A DNA stretch of 61,744 nucleotides, counting the filler, from Collodictyon triciliatum (taxonomy: Eukaryota): NCBI GenBank assembly GCA_043381765.1. It is 3 parts of 3 records of this genome, joined end to end, with 100 filler letters (N's around TTAATTAATTAA, not from the genome) between each part and the next. Parts side by side here need not be neighbours in the genome. Positions count along the whole stretch, not along the records: positions 22,569 to 44,840 come from JBHJMP010001155.1; 2 more parts are not named here. One strand, written 5' to 3'. Position numbers and translations under genes: made by a program. Of this stretch, positions 29,101 through 40,128 are shown one piece after another (positions within the stretch are counted from its first letter, which is position 1; every line of letters starts with the position of its first letter). Below the pieces are notes generated by a model, which was given only the letters and a program-made list of their open reading frames with translations, was not told the DNA's origin and searched no databases.

Positions 29101-32100
29101 TAACAAAAATAAGAGTTTCAAAAAATGAGTAACAATAATTACTCCAAGGATGGCCCATTCGAAATTACTTGATGAGATTGGAGATGAGCCAAACTAACCG
29201 CAGAGCATGAGTTGCATTGAACAGAAACTTAATCGATGATGATTAATTTCTTCATTTAGTTGTTCCATTTTAGATCCATCATTATGTTACATTTGCCTCT
29301 ATTTGACTTTATTATCCATAAATCCACATTTTTACATAAAAATAAAGATATGCTTGATCTTTGTGTTAAACATAAATAACTGACCTGGAACGACTACATT
29401 CTGATTGCAATAGAGGCGGTCACATATTTGCATAATTTGTTCTTGATACCCCTATACAAAGTTACAATTCAGGTCTATAGATTCCCTAATTTTTCTCTTT
29501 ATCATCTTTCTCATAATTAAAATAAATTTAAATAATTAAACATATATCCCAGAGAGGGATTTTATTAGAATATGTAATTTTTTTTAATACTCTCAACACT
29601 CTGGCGATAAAATCCTTCCTTTGGAGATTTTGTACTAGCGACTGTGTTTAAAGATATTAGCCAGGGGAAATAATAAGAAACATGAATTAAAATAAAAATA
29701 GTGTGTATAATTATCACCTGAATAAGAGACTTTTGACTCGTAGTCAAAATAGAAGGATTCTTCATCATATCTGTCATCAACTTCGGAGCATTTCCAAGAG
29801 CGGTCTTTAAGGAGAAAAACAAATAAATTTTGATGTAAAAAACTTTTTCAACTATTAAGTAAATAATCGAATAATAGTTAGAAATATGGAACCCTCGCTA
29901 CACTTTGAATCGAATAAAGGAAAAAATTAGAAATATGGAAAATTCATTAAAAAAAAAATGGGCTCTTGTCTGGAACTTTACCAGAACATTATATTCATCC
30001 AACTTCTTCACATAATCGACATGAGGATTAACTAGTTTCAGCTGTTTCTCTGTTGAAAATCCTCTGATGAAAACTTTGTGCCCTATGTTACTCATTTATG
30101 AGGTAAAAATGAAAGATAAATAGAAAAAATTACTTGAACCATTCTCTTAAAAAACAGCTCATATAAAATGAGAATTTTGAGAAAGTGACCTCATACCATG
30201 AAGTAAGTCGTGCATTATCTTTTTCAAATCAAGGAGCATGGGAGGAGCGTAGCGAGGACCATAAATTTGAATTGGGTGAGGGCGGTTCGTTTTGCGAGCA
30301 ACGATTGACACTACCAATGCCTTGTGCTCCGGAAGAAGCTTATATCCATCACTGTAAGGTCCGTAAATTAGTCACAAAGTAGTATTTAATTTCATTCATA
30401 ACCGGATGGTGTTATTCCTTTTCAATAAGCATCTTTCTTAAATGTAACAAAAAAATGGTATAGTTACATTATTTTGTTGGGAGAGAATGACGACAAAATG
30501 TCAAATAATTTTGGAATGTTAGGGTCAACAGAGCTATGGTAAGAGGATAAATCTTGAAGCTTCGTTACGATAGAATCCTGTAAGTTTTTCTTCAGTATGC
30601 CTATTTTTTTATTTTTAGGAACAGAAAAACGCAGTTAAAGGTCTACCTAAGTGATAGCTTTTCCAAAAAATAATAATACTTTCAGTGAATTCAATATTTT
30701 TAATATGCTAATAATATGATTTAGCTATAGAAACAATTAAAATAGAATAATAATTGTGCGCTGATACTTGGTATCACTTGTTGTGTCTGGAACAGAAGAA
30801 GAAAAAATTTCTCGAGAAACAGTAACACTGCAACAACAGATTCGTTGGAGTGCACTGCCGCTTCATAGTACATCCACATTGCAGAGTGCATAAAGTCTTC
30901 AACTTTCAAAGGTATTTGCAGAGGATGCCCATGTAGGAACAGGTATTCGCACAGGTAGACTTAATAATTCAACAAAATGAGTATATTATAGACTATGACA
31001 TTAAATTCTATGAGTTAATAAATCTCCTTATGAATCGTTTTTCCCCTTTATTCGATTCAGAGTTCCTTATGTATAATACAAGGGGAATTGAGCATTTAAT
31101 GAGAGAAATGTTTCCAAACAATACATTTTTTCTCCCGAAATTCCAGCCATTGCTCCTTGGATAGCGATTTCTAATCGTCGTGGTTTTCATGGTGATATTA
31201 TATGAGGCAAAAAAAAAAAAAACGTATACTTTTGGAATAAACTGTATCATACACTAATATTACATATACATACCATGTTACAAATATTATCACTACAAAC
31301 CTGGCTAATACCTTCCAATATAAAGTTTAAGGGCATTCCATTTACATAAGCTATGTAAACAAGCATTTCCAAGAGATATTTGCTAGTTTCCGATGTCCAG
31401 AGCTAACAGAAAACGATGGTCCATCAATTATTTTTGTTTTAATTAGAACTATATTTTATAAGCACTTTGAATCGAATAAAGAGAAAAAATTTAGAAAAAT
31501 GTTTTTGGCACTCCAATTTTTCAATGATAAATAAATAAAAAAAAAAAGTGATTTCTTAATTGATATACTTTTGGAGATAGCTTTGATGCCCAGTAAACAA
31601 GCCACAAATTTGCGTATCTTGGGTCCCTCAAGCAAGACTCCATGATATGATAAATTGCACACGAGTAATTTACATCATTATCTTCTTTAATTCCAGTGAG
31701 CACTTGATCCAATAAAGCTGAAAGAAACTCAAAAGTGGCTAACTAGTAATTTGTGAAAAAAAAAAGAGAAAAAAAGATTGAAGTGGCGAGAAATAATATA
31801 AATCATTATAGAACGAACAAATGTATGATAGCACTGGAATTGAAACATAAATTACTTGAATCTCAGGGTATGTTTCCATTAAAAGTCTTGAAATCCATAC
31901 AATAGGCTTTGCATTGAATATTTGGTCGGGAAACGATGTAAGAAGATGGCATCTTCTTTGAAAATAAGTTTTCTCAATAATTGTTTCGAAATTCCAAACC
32001 GGAGAGAAGCCACTTGTCGTTGGGCTGAATTATTAAAATATTATGTTCCTCTAATACGCATTTACCTCAAATTTTTGGACTCAAGAAATCATTTTTAAAA

Positions 32101-33197
32101 TATTCAGAATATTGTTGATTAAAAGTAGTACTTTTTAATGCAATAGTTGGCAAATAGCAATGCCACTTTTAATTGTAGAAGAACAACCATAATATGAGAC
32201 TGAGTTAAATCTTCCCTTGAAACTACAGAGAACTCCAAAAAACTCTCCAAAAATTTAATGTCACTTTCATTAAGCTTTTCTATTGTATAAAGAATAAATT
32301 GTGAATTTATATGAAAATCACATTGTTAGATGTTGGATAGAATAGTAAGTCTACACATTTCTGACATTTTATTAGATTGCTATATTGGTAAATGTGGTTC
32401 TTAAATATGCAAACCAATTGCTATATTTTTGAATAAAAACATCCAAACATTCTGTGCTTGCTGATTTTGAAACAATAGGGAACACATAAGAAGAGTGTGA
32501 ATTCTGTGATATTGAAATATAATACATTCAAAATGTATATCTAAATTTACGTACGAGTAAGTGATTCGGAGATAGAAACAGTAGAATGAAAAAGAAAAAT
32601 TCTAAGATAGTAAAAAGCGTACTTGGTTTTGGTTGACTGCAGAGTCCATTGAATTCGTTCCAATAGATCAAGAAATATGATGCAACAAGGAGAGGATTCA
32701 TCAACTTTATAAGGGTTGCGCATATACAAGAAGAATACCAACAAGGTAAGAAGAAGAAGAAGGTGGTATTTCTCATGTATTCGCGACAGCTTTAGAGTAT
32801 ATTAGCTTTAATTAAAATTAGTAATCTATTCAAGGCAATTCATTACTTTCGGGTCCAGCCTTTTCAATCCATGAGGATGAAAATCCTGCGGTGTCGGGTA
32901 GGGGAACCGGACAGATTATTCCCCAAAATGTTTGAATAGAAGAGTCATCCATAAGCATTACATGAAGCGGTAGAGATTGATGAAAATTTGGTAAGGCCAC
33001 TTGATTCATCTCGATGTTGTATGTTGCCAAAAATCCAAGATATATGCGTATCAATAATGGACTAGACTGTAGCAAATAAACCAACTAAAGTGAAATACAA
33101 GATATTCAGCGATATTCAGTTCGGAATAATGACAAAATAAGTCAAAAATCGTGCTAAAAATCGAGGAAGCAAATTTAAACTTGATAAAATATAATTT

Positions 33198-33295
<98 letters not shown>

Positions 33296-36116
33296 GAGAA
33301 AATTAATTGCCTGTATTTTAGCCTCTTCTTGTAAAGCACTTGTCTTATATCCAATCAGTGGGGATAGATTTGCAAAAAATGCAAGCTCGTGAATCAGTAT
33401 TGCGGATAGTACTTCCAACTGTCGAAAATCGCCTCCACCGGTCCATGATTGTATGCAATCCTGAATATACATACCCAATATACGAAATGTACGAAAAATA
33501 GGATAATAACTTGGTGTGGAAAGTCCTAATCGAGCTCCCTACAAAATATGAATGATGATTAATGCCTATTCATATAGATGCTTCACATGATTTTCTTTGA
33601 TTTTAACCTCCTCCGAGAACTGTTGTCCGAGAATTTCTTTTTGAACTAAGGTAGTTATCGAAAGTGATATTTGGCTCTCTTTTGTGTACTGAGAGGCGAA
33701 GCGAGTTCTGGCTTCAAAGAGTCGTTTCTTAGAGAGATTCCAGTATTCTTCAGGGGGGAAAATTGTTAATAGTCTGGTGAGTTGTCAAGGAAACCATACC
33801 AAAATAACTGCATGACAAAGATAAAAGTTAAATTGTTTAATTTTGGAAATGATGAAAAGAAAAAGCACAGTAGGATACAGTGTTGACAGTGCTTGAGAGA
33901 AGGTATTTGATGACCTCTGCCAATCTAAAAATTGGTAAATTGTACAATACATGGTGGTAAACCTCGGAAGTATGGAGGATGAGCTTGATAAATATTCATT
34001 TACCACTGCAGGTGCTGAAGTGCTAAGTTTCTTAATATATTTTTCATATGAATCACAGGGTGTAAAAATGAAAGAAATTAGCGAGTTTATCTCCTCATAG
34101 TCGATTTAAATAAAAACAAAAATATTTAAATGCACTATTGATTTTTTCTTTATATATCATGACTTACTGAAACAGATTTGAATATACATATGGCTAGGCG
34201 ATGAAAAGAACATTCGATGCAAAGGCGAGTTAGATGAACAAGTGGTTCAACCAACTAAAGTTATCTTCCGTGAGATACCGGCTTTAAAAAAGAGTACCTC
34301 AAGCACTGTATAAGCCTACCTCCGTTTTCCAAAGGCACATATCAATATCAGCAGTATTTTCCCATATAATCTGATTTAGGATGAATATGTAATCTAATTC
34401 TTCCAGCTTCGATGATGCTATTTGGGATATAATTTTTTGCTCACAAACAACCTTAAGCTGGCTCTACGATGGAAATAGAAAGGATTTAGGCCAAAAAGAA
34501 AAAAAAAAGGACATAATTCAGAATGGAGATTGATGAAAAACAGGACATCAACTCAGGGAAATGTGCTAGCTCCTCATACACACATGTACATATCGATTAA
34601 ATTGAAAATTGAAAAAAGCTTACGATTTGGAGTATAGAAGCAAACATTCTGCCTTTTGGATATTTGAGCACTTTGATGGCCAAACCTAATGCCTTATTTT
34701 CATCTAATACCATAAGTTTCTGGAACGAATGAAGGAAAATCTATTGATACAATTTTGTGTGGTGAGGGATAGTGTTGCGGAATGCAAAATATTAAGAGTT
34801 TAGAACGAGTGCATTTATTCATCTAAGTTTTAGTTCAAAAGTCTAAAGTCAAATAGATGAATGAATATATTTTGTCTCACCCTAGTGGTTGCAAAATTAG
34901 GTATATTGGAGTCGTGTAGATAAGGAACTATATGATAAAATAAAACCATTTTAAAATATACTTATGTTAAATGTTAAGAAACTTTTAAAAGAAGGTAACT
35001 GTCATCCGAATTATTGCAACACTATCAAGATATCAAAATTTTACTTGATCAGCTATTCAAATGATCATTTGGTAAATCAACTACTAAATAAAACGAGAAT
35101 GAACCCAACGTTTGTCATAATATATTCACGTAATACATTTTACACTAACCAATTGCATCCGCTGAGCTGGATAAGATATAGCTCCACTCAGGTACAGAAA
35201 ACATATTTTCGTATTCTAACATAAACTGAGCCATGCCCAATTCACAAAGATGAAGTCCTACTCGGTCGCATAAACCAATACTGAGATGAGTGTCTTCCCA
35301 CTCAGATAAGCTTTTCATCAGCTCAGATTTTGCTGTCATATTTTGCTGTCCTTTGATAGACACGGTGCTAGTAGATTAATGAAATAGATGAATGAAATTA
35401 AGAAATGAGCCATTAAGAATATATTACATAAAAGTGAAACAAACCTCCATCATAATGCACAGATGGAAAGGAAGAATAATATAAAAAGACAAAAGTGAAA
35501 CAAAAAAGCCTAATAAGACAAACAAGGCCCGACAAGAGAAAAAGAAATAAGGAATATGAATGGCTCAGAATTAACCTTGCGAACATAGTATTTGCACAGT
35601 TACACGTTATTTGATTGGATATTTGGTGGGACTCAAACGTCCACATGTTCTCGTATACAAAAGCCTCGAGGTTTTTTTGAGCTTTCTGTTAAATATAGTT
35701 CAAATTACATCAATATAACCCGCATGAAGAAATGTAAACTTAAAAAAAATTAAAAATAAACACGTTTTTCGATAATAATCATAGTAATCATGGGAACATG
35801 TAATGTGCTCTTATTAGTAGGTGTGTTGGCTTTGCATATCACACCCCTATGTTAGCTAAAATCAAAGCGTAATTGGATATATAAATAACTTCAAATAATA
35901 TCACAAAGTTTCATATCTACGACCTTCAGCGCGGTGAAGAACACAAAAGGGAAAACGAGGCGGGTTTTCAAGAAGAAACAGCCTATTACTTACAAATATA
36001 GAATCGGTCGTTTCCTGGAGTAATCGCACTGCTTTCGTGTAGTCTGCCAAGAGGCTGTCCCACACTTTCTGGATTCCCTCCCTTTCAGATCGCTTTGCTC
36101 TTGCTGTCACCTCCAT
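23144..36116 (-). CDS. Large alpha-helical protein, EPG5-like (autophagosome-lysosome tethering factor); multi-exon
   Basis: ATG at 36116 (MEVTARAK...). Segments resemble EPG5 as I recall it, in the right order: ENMWTFESHQISNQITCNC, LLFLEKFFLLLF, RFIQ|TCQKSGSVLSLY and C-terminal DYLLSPLTSFASFRKHVLSDLCSRLPYLSAL...*, with TAA at 23144-23146. Identity needs an HMM check. Confidence 0.6.
25208..25346. repeat. (GAAAAAGA)n purine-rich repeat, intronic
   Basis: Direct read. Confidence 0.9.
29892..29926 (+). mobile_element. Micro-retroposon copy 4 (longest): CCCTCGCTACACTTTGAATCGAATAAAGG + A6
   Basis: Perfect 14-bp direct repeat TTAGAAATATGGAA at 29878-29891 and 29927-29940; core identical to copy 1. 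Confidence 0.87.
31038..31063 (-). mobile_element. Micro-retroposon copy 5 (degenerate): ACTCTGAATCGAATAAAGGGG + A5
   Basis: Imperfect direct repeat TCCTTATG(A/T)AT at 31025-31035 and 31064-31074. Confidence 0.65.
31463..31489 (+). mobile_element. Micro-retroposon copy 6 (degenerate): CACTTTGAATCGAATAAAGAG + A6
   Basis: 19-nt exact core match; eroded direct repeat TTAGAACTATATTTT (31443-31457) versus TTAGAAAAATGTTTT (31491-31505), 12/15 identical. Confidence 0.65.
33198..33293. repeat. (AAT)n microsatellite, intronic
   Basis: Direct read. Confidence 0.95.
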
Positions 36117-36403
36117 GGCTTTGTCTTGTTTTATTTTGACGTGCTCTAGATCAACAGTTTGACAGGTCACGCAAGAGTCCTTGCTTTCGGGATGTGCTTG
36201 TGATTTGATGAAACGCCAGAGCAGAAAATCAGGAGACTAAATAACAAACACATATGCATGAAGGCAAGAAACAAAGAGCGAAAACCCCAAAGCCGCCTGA
36301 TCAAAGAAGACTCTGATGAACTCAGGCAACAACTTCCCACGTATTTCGTAAGCTACACACAACTAATACACCCACCTTTTATTCTTATGGCCACCCAGGA
36401 AAG

Positions 36404-38102
36404 ATGCTAGCGCCAAGCAGACCCACCGACGAGTCATGGCCCATGGCCGACGAGACACACGCTACGTTCCGGTCGGGATATACAGAGATAAGCGATGGGG
36501 ATGATATCATCAAGGACACGAACACCACGCATGCGATGCAGCCGCCGTTAATGGGACCACTCTTGAGTCCTTCCAGACTCGCTCAGCACCAACGATATCC
36601 ATCCATCGAGCCTTGCACTCCAGTAAGAAGCATGGGGACTCATGAGACCGCCAAGTTTTCAGATTCTGACGAGAGCGATACAGACCAATTGATTGAAAAT
36701 GTTGCTTCGACACCATTCATCGAGGAAAGAAGGCAGTGGTATGAATGAGGCTTTTTCTTTGTCATCTTCATAACATCGGCATCGATGATAATTACAGAAA
36801 TATTTCTTTCTTTCTTTCTCTCGAGTCATTGAATGCATATTTTAAAATTGAAATAAAAGCTGGAAGCACTCGAGAAAAGGATACCAATTTTCAGTGTTGG
36901 TTTGAAGTTATTTTAAGTCGATATATATGGAATTAAACATACACCCTCGATTTGTAGGCGAACAAACATGCTCAGAGCAGCCGTCGTAGTTGGTATCGTA
37001 TGTATATTGAGCACTCTGAACTTCCTCATATGGGCTAGTTCCCAAGAAATCACCCTTGACATTGTTGGCTTTCAGGAATTCCAGCTGATAGAAAACATCC
37101 TATATTGCGACATAACTTTCGAAGTGATTAACCCAAACATCCAATCGATTAAGATAAATCCCTTCCAGCTGAACTTCCGATTGTGTAGGGAAATTTTAAC
37201 TGATTGTTTTTTTTTTTAAAAAAAAATTACATATTCTGCTACAATATACTTTATTCGATTTTGATTTTTAAGAAGACGTAAGCATCTAAATGAAATATTT
37301 TTGAAAATAATGTGATATGTATGTTGTTGTTTTTTTTTTTAAAAAAAAAGTGGCAATTACCTTTCTTCGACATTGGTGGATGAATTACCAGAATTTACTT
37401 CTTTAAAGTTGATCAATTTCTTGCTCTTTAACGTGTTGTGTTCATTAACATATAGATTCAAACGAAAGTGAAGAAATATATCTGGGGCATATGGACAGCA
37501 GTGACTACGCATCCCTAGCATCAGCGACTTCAGACTACGAACTAAAAGAAGTCCCGGTGACTTTCTTCTTGGATGACAGTGCTGATGTGGAGCAAATAAA
37601 AAGGTATTTTGTTGCACTTCATTATCCTCTCTCCGACAATATCGCTGAATAATTCTGTTTTTGCTATTGAATCAAATTAATCTATCTGATAATTTTGGGT
37701 GATAAACTAAAACGTCCAAGACACGTCAAGTTTCGTGAGAAGGGAAATATAATAATAATAATAATAATATACTTTTCATCACCCTCTGAACACCAAGTAT
37801 TCCACGTAGAATCCTACTCATGAAAGACTTTGAGCTGTGTGCCAGCGGAAGAATCTCCTACCAGATGATGCTATCGAGAGTAACGAAAAAGATTGCCCAT
37901 GTGTCGCGATATTCCCAGCAACAGAGAATCATAATAGACACAACAACAGGAGAGAAGCAGGGTGGTACATTAAGCCAAAAGCCCGTCTTGCCATGCATGT
38001 AAATTTATCTGTCCTTTCTCTTTCTTTTTCTTCCGCTACAGGAAAGGCCAAAGAGGAGTGCACATTTTCATAAATCCGTATAAAGTCCAGATATGGATAT
38101 AG
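36404..38102 (+). CDS. Single-pass type II membrane protein with LEA_2/WHy-like beta domain
   Basis: Disordered N-terminus, TM helix AAVVVGIVCILSTLNFLIWA, then DITFEVINPNIQSIKI (the NPN motif of LEA_2 domains) and spliced IYLGHM... exons. Start and last exon are uncertain. Confidence 0.55.
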
Positions 38103-38732
38103 TGTAGACCAAGCAAATGCAAACAGACAAATCTGATCGCGCAGCTCTCTTCTAAAAACATTGATTCTCTTACACTTTTACACACCGGCTTCCAGGCACA
38201 GGCTCGCACGGGTTACGCCGGTAGGATATAGCCTCCTTTTCTAACCCCGAATGGTCGAAATTGAAAGAGGGGAGGAAAGGCTAGGTAACTTTGGTTGAAT
38301 CCAGCGTCGATTCTATGTGGGATGAAGACTGTAAGGATGCGAGGACTAGCCTGACTGGCTCTATTGCTGCGTCACACCTCGTTAAAAAGCCCGAGATGCA
38401 CCAACGTCTTCCCAGCAAAACGCTATAACCGATAATCCACGGTGCAATACAAACAATCGACGCTGGCACAGATCGCAGCCGGAGAATTCCATTGCTATCG
38501 ACACCGCTAGAAAACGATCAGAAATACGCCAAATGGATCCACCAAATTTACCTAATTTTACGGCCCACCGCCCCCAACGCCAATCCCACCAGGCTAAGCC
38601 GCACACAAAATGAAAGCAAACTCACTGATCTAGGCTACACTGTTACACTAGCATTCTAACCTCACACTTTTCTTCTCTTCTGGCACCATCTTGCCATCCC
38701 ACTCAGATCCCCTTCCAAACACAAGATCAACA

Positions 38733-39853
38733 ATGGCAGACGCACGTGAGTACCTGCTCTCCCACCCAGCCCCCGTCCTATTCGTTTCTGATCGACCTTG
38801 CTGCCGCCAGCATCCTAACCCACACACAAACAAACGCACACACACACACGCACACACACACACACACACACACACTCCAACAACACTCAGACACAAACAC
38901 GTAGAAGCACCATCAGCCGACGGAGCACGCGGCGGATTCGGACGCGGCTTCGGTCGCGGAGGCCGTGGAGGCCGTGAGGGAGGCCGCGGACGAGGCGGAG
39001 CGCCCAACAAGGCGCCGCGCAAGGATGGCGACTCCAAGGACTGGACCCCGCTGACCAAGCTGGGCCGCCTGGTGAAGGAGGGCAAGATCCACACGGTCGA
39101 GCAGGTCTACCTGCACTCGCTGCCGATCAAGGAGTACCAGATCATCGACTACTTCCTCAAGGGGCTGAAGGACGAGGTGATGAAGATCACGCCGGTGCAG
39201 AAGCAGACCCGCGCCGGGCAGCGCACACGCTTCAAGGCCTACGTCGTGGTGGGCGACAGCAACGGGCACGTCGGACTGGGCGTCAAGTGCGCAAAGGAAG
39301 TCGCCACGGCCATCCGCGGGGCGCTGATCATGGCCAAGCTGTCCATCATCCCTGTGCGCCGCGGCTACTGGGGCAACAAGGTCGACCAGCCCCACACCGT
39401 CCCCTGCAAGGTCACCGGCAAGTGCGGCTCTGTCGCCGTCCGCCTCGTCCCCGCCCCCCGCGGCACAGGCATTGTCGCCGCCCCCGTCCCCAAGAAGATC
39501 CTCCAGATGGCCGGCATCCAGGACGTCTACACCTCCTCCACCGGCAAGACAAAGACCATGGGCAACTTCGTCATGGCCACCTTCAAGGCCATCGCAAACA
39601 CATACCAGCTCCTCTCCCCCGACCTCTGGCCCACCACCGTCTTTGTCAAGAACCCCTACCAGGAGTTCTCTGCCCTGCTCGCGTGAGTGCTTCATGCCCC
39701 TGCTTCTACTCCTCCATACATGCTTAATGTACATATCACGATGAAGATTGACTAACTGAAACCCCTCTATGTCCTGCTGATGTATGAATCGGCCATCCCT
39801 GTCTGCCGCGCTCGTCCCTTCCCGTTCCTAGTGAGAAGAAGGAAGTCGCATAA
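38733..39853 (+). CDS. RPS2: 40S ribosomal protein S2 (uS5)
   Basis: Exons 38733-38745, 38905-39682 and 39832-39853. RG-rich N-terminus, [33 protein letters not shown] and [10 protein letters not shown]; spliced C-terminus FSALLA-EKKEVA*. Confidence 0.98.
38820..38900. repeat. (CA)n microsatellite in RPS2 intron 1
   Basis: Direct read. Confidence 0.9.
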
Positions 39854-40128
39854 ATTCTGTGCTGTCCAACCGCACCCATTTGACACAATCGCTGTCTGTC
39901 ACGTCCTGTGCTTGCTTGTTCATACCAAAAGGGGGATTCTACATCGAAGGCATTCATATTCCCATGCAGGAGTGAATCCGAGTCATTTGCGCTTGAGAGG
40001 CGATCGGAAACAGATCTCTGCCCTCCCTCAGCATTTCCCTTCTCCCTCTCTTCTGCTGCCCTGCGTCTGATCGACCAGCTCTCTGTACAAGAATGATGCC
40101 GATGTTGCCGTGATAGGTGCGCAGCGGG

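Noticed and set aside
29960-30095. Apparent RRM-like insertion in the EPG5-like gene (KVFIRGF...VLVKF)
   Set aside because: The VKFQT part follows a phase-0 GTAAAG donor and is intronic, so the RNP1-like motif disappears after splicing.
37249-37260. Partial matches to the micro-element core (CTTTATTCGATT here; TTTATTTGATTCAGA at ~12715)
   Set aside because: No A tail and no flanking direct repeat; could be chance in AT-rich DNA.
38270-38650. RNase P/MRP-like motifs (GAGGAAAGGCTAG ... GATCTAGGCTAC)
   Set aside because: P4 pairing would contain a G-G mismatch, the spacing is long, and the region overlaps the presumed RPS2 upstream region.
38913-39734. 273-aa minus-strand ORF opposite RPS2
   Set aside because: Shadow ORF caused by the extreme GC3 bias of RPS2.
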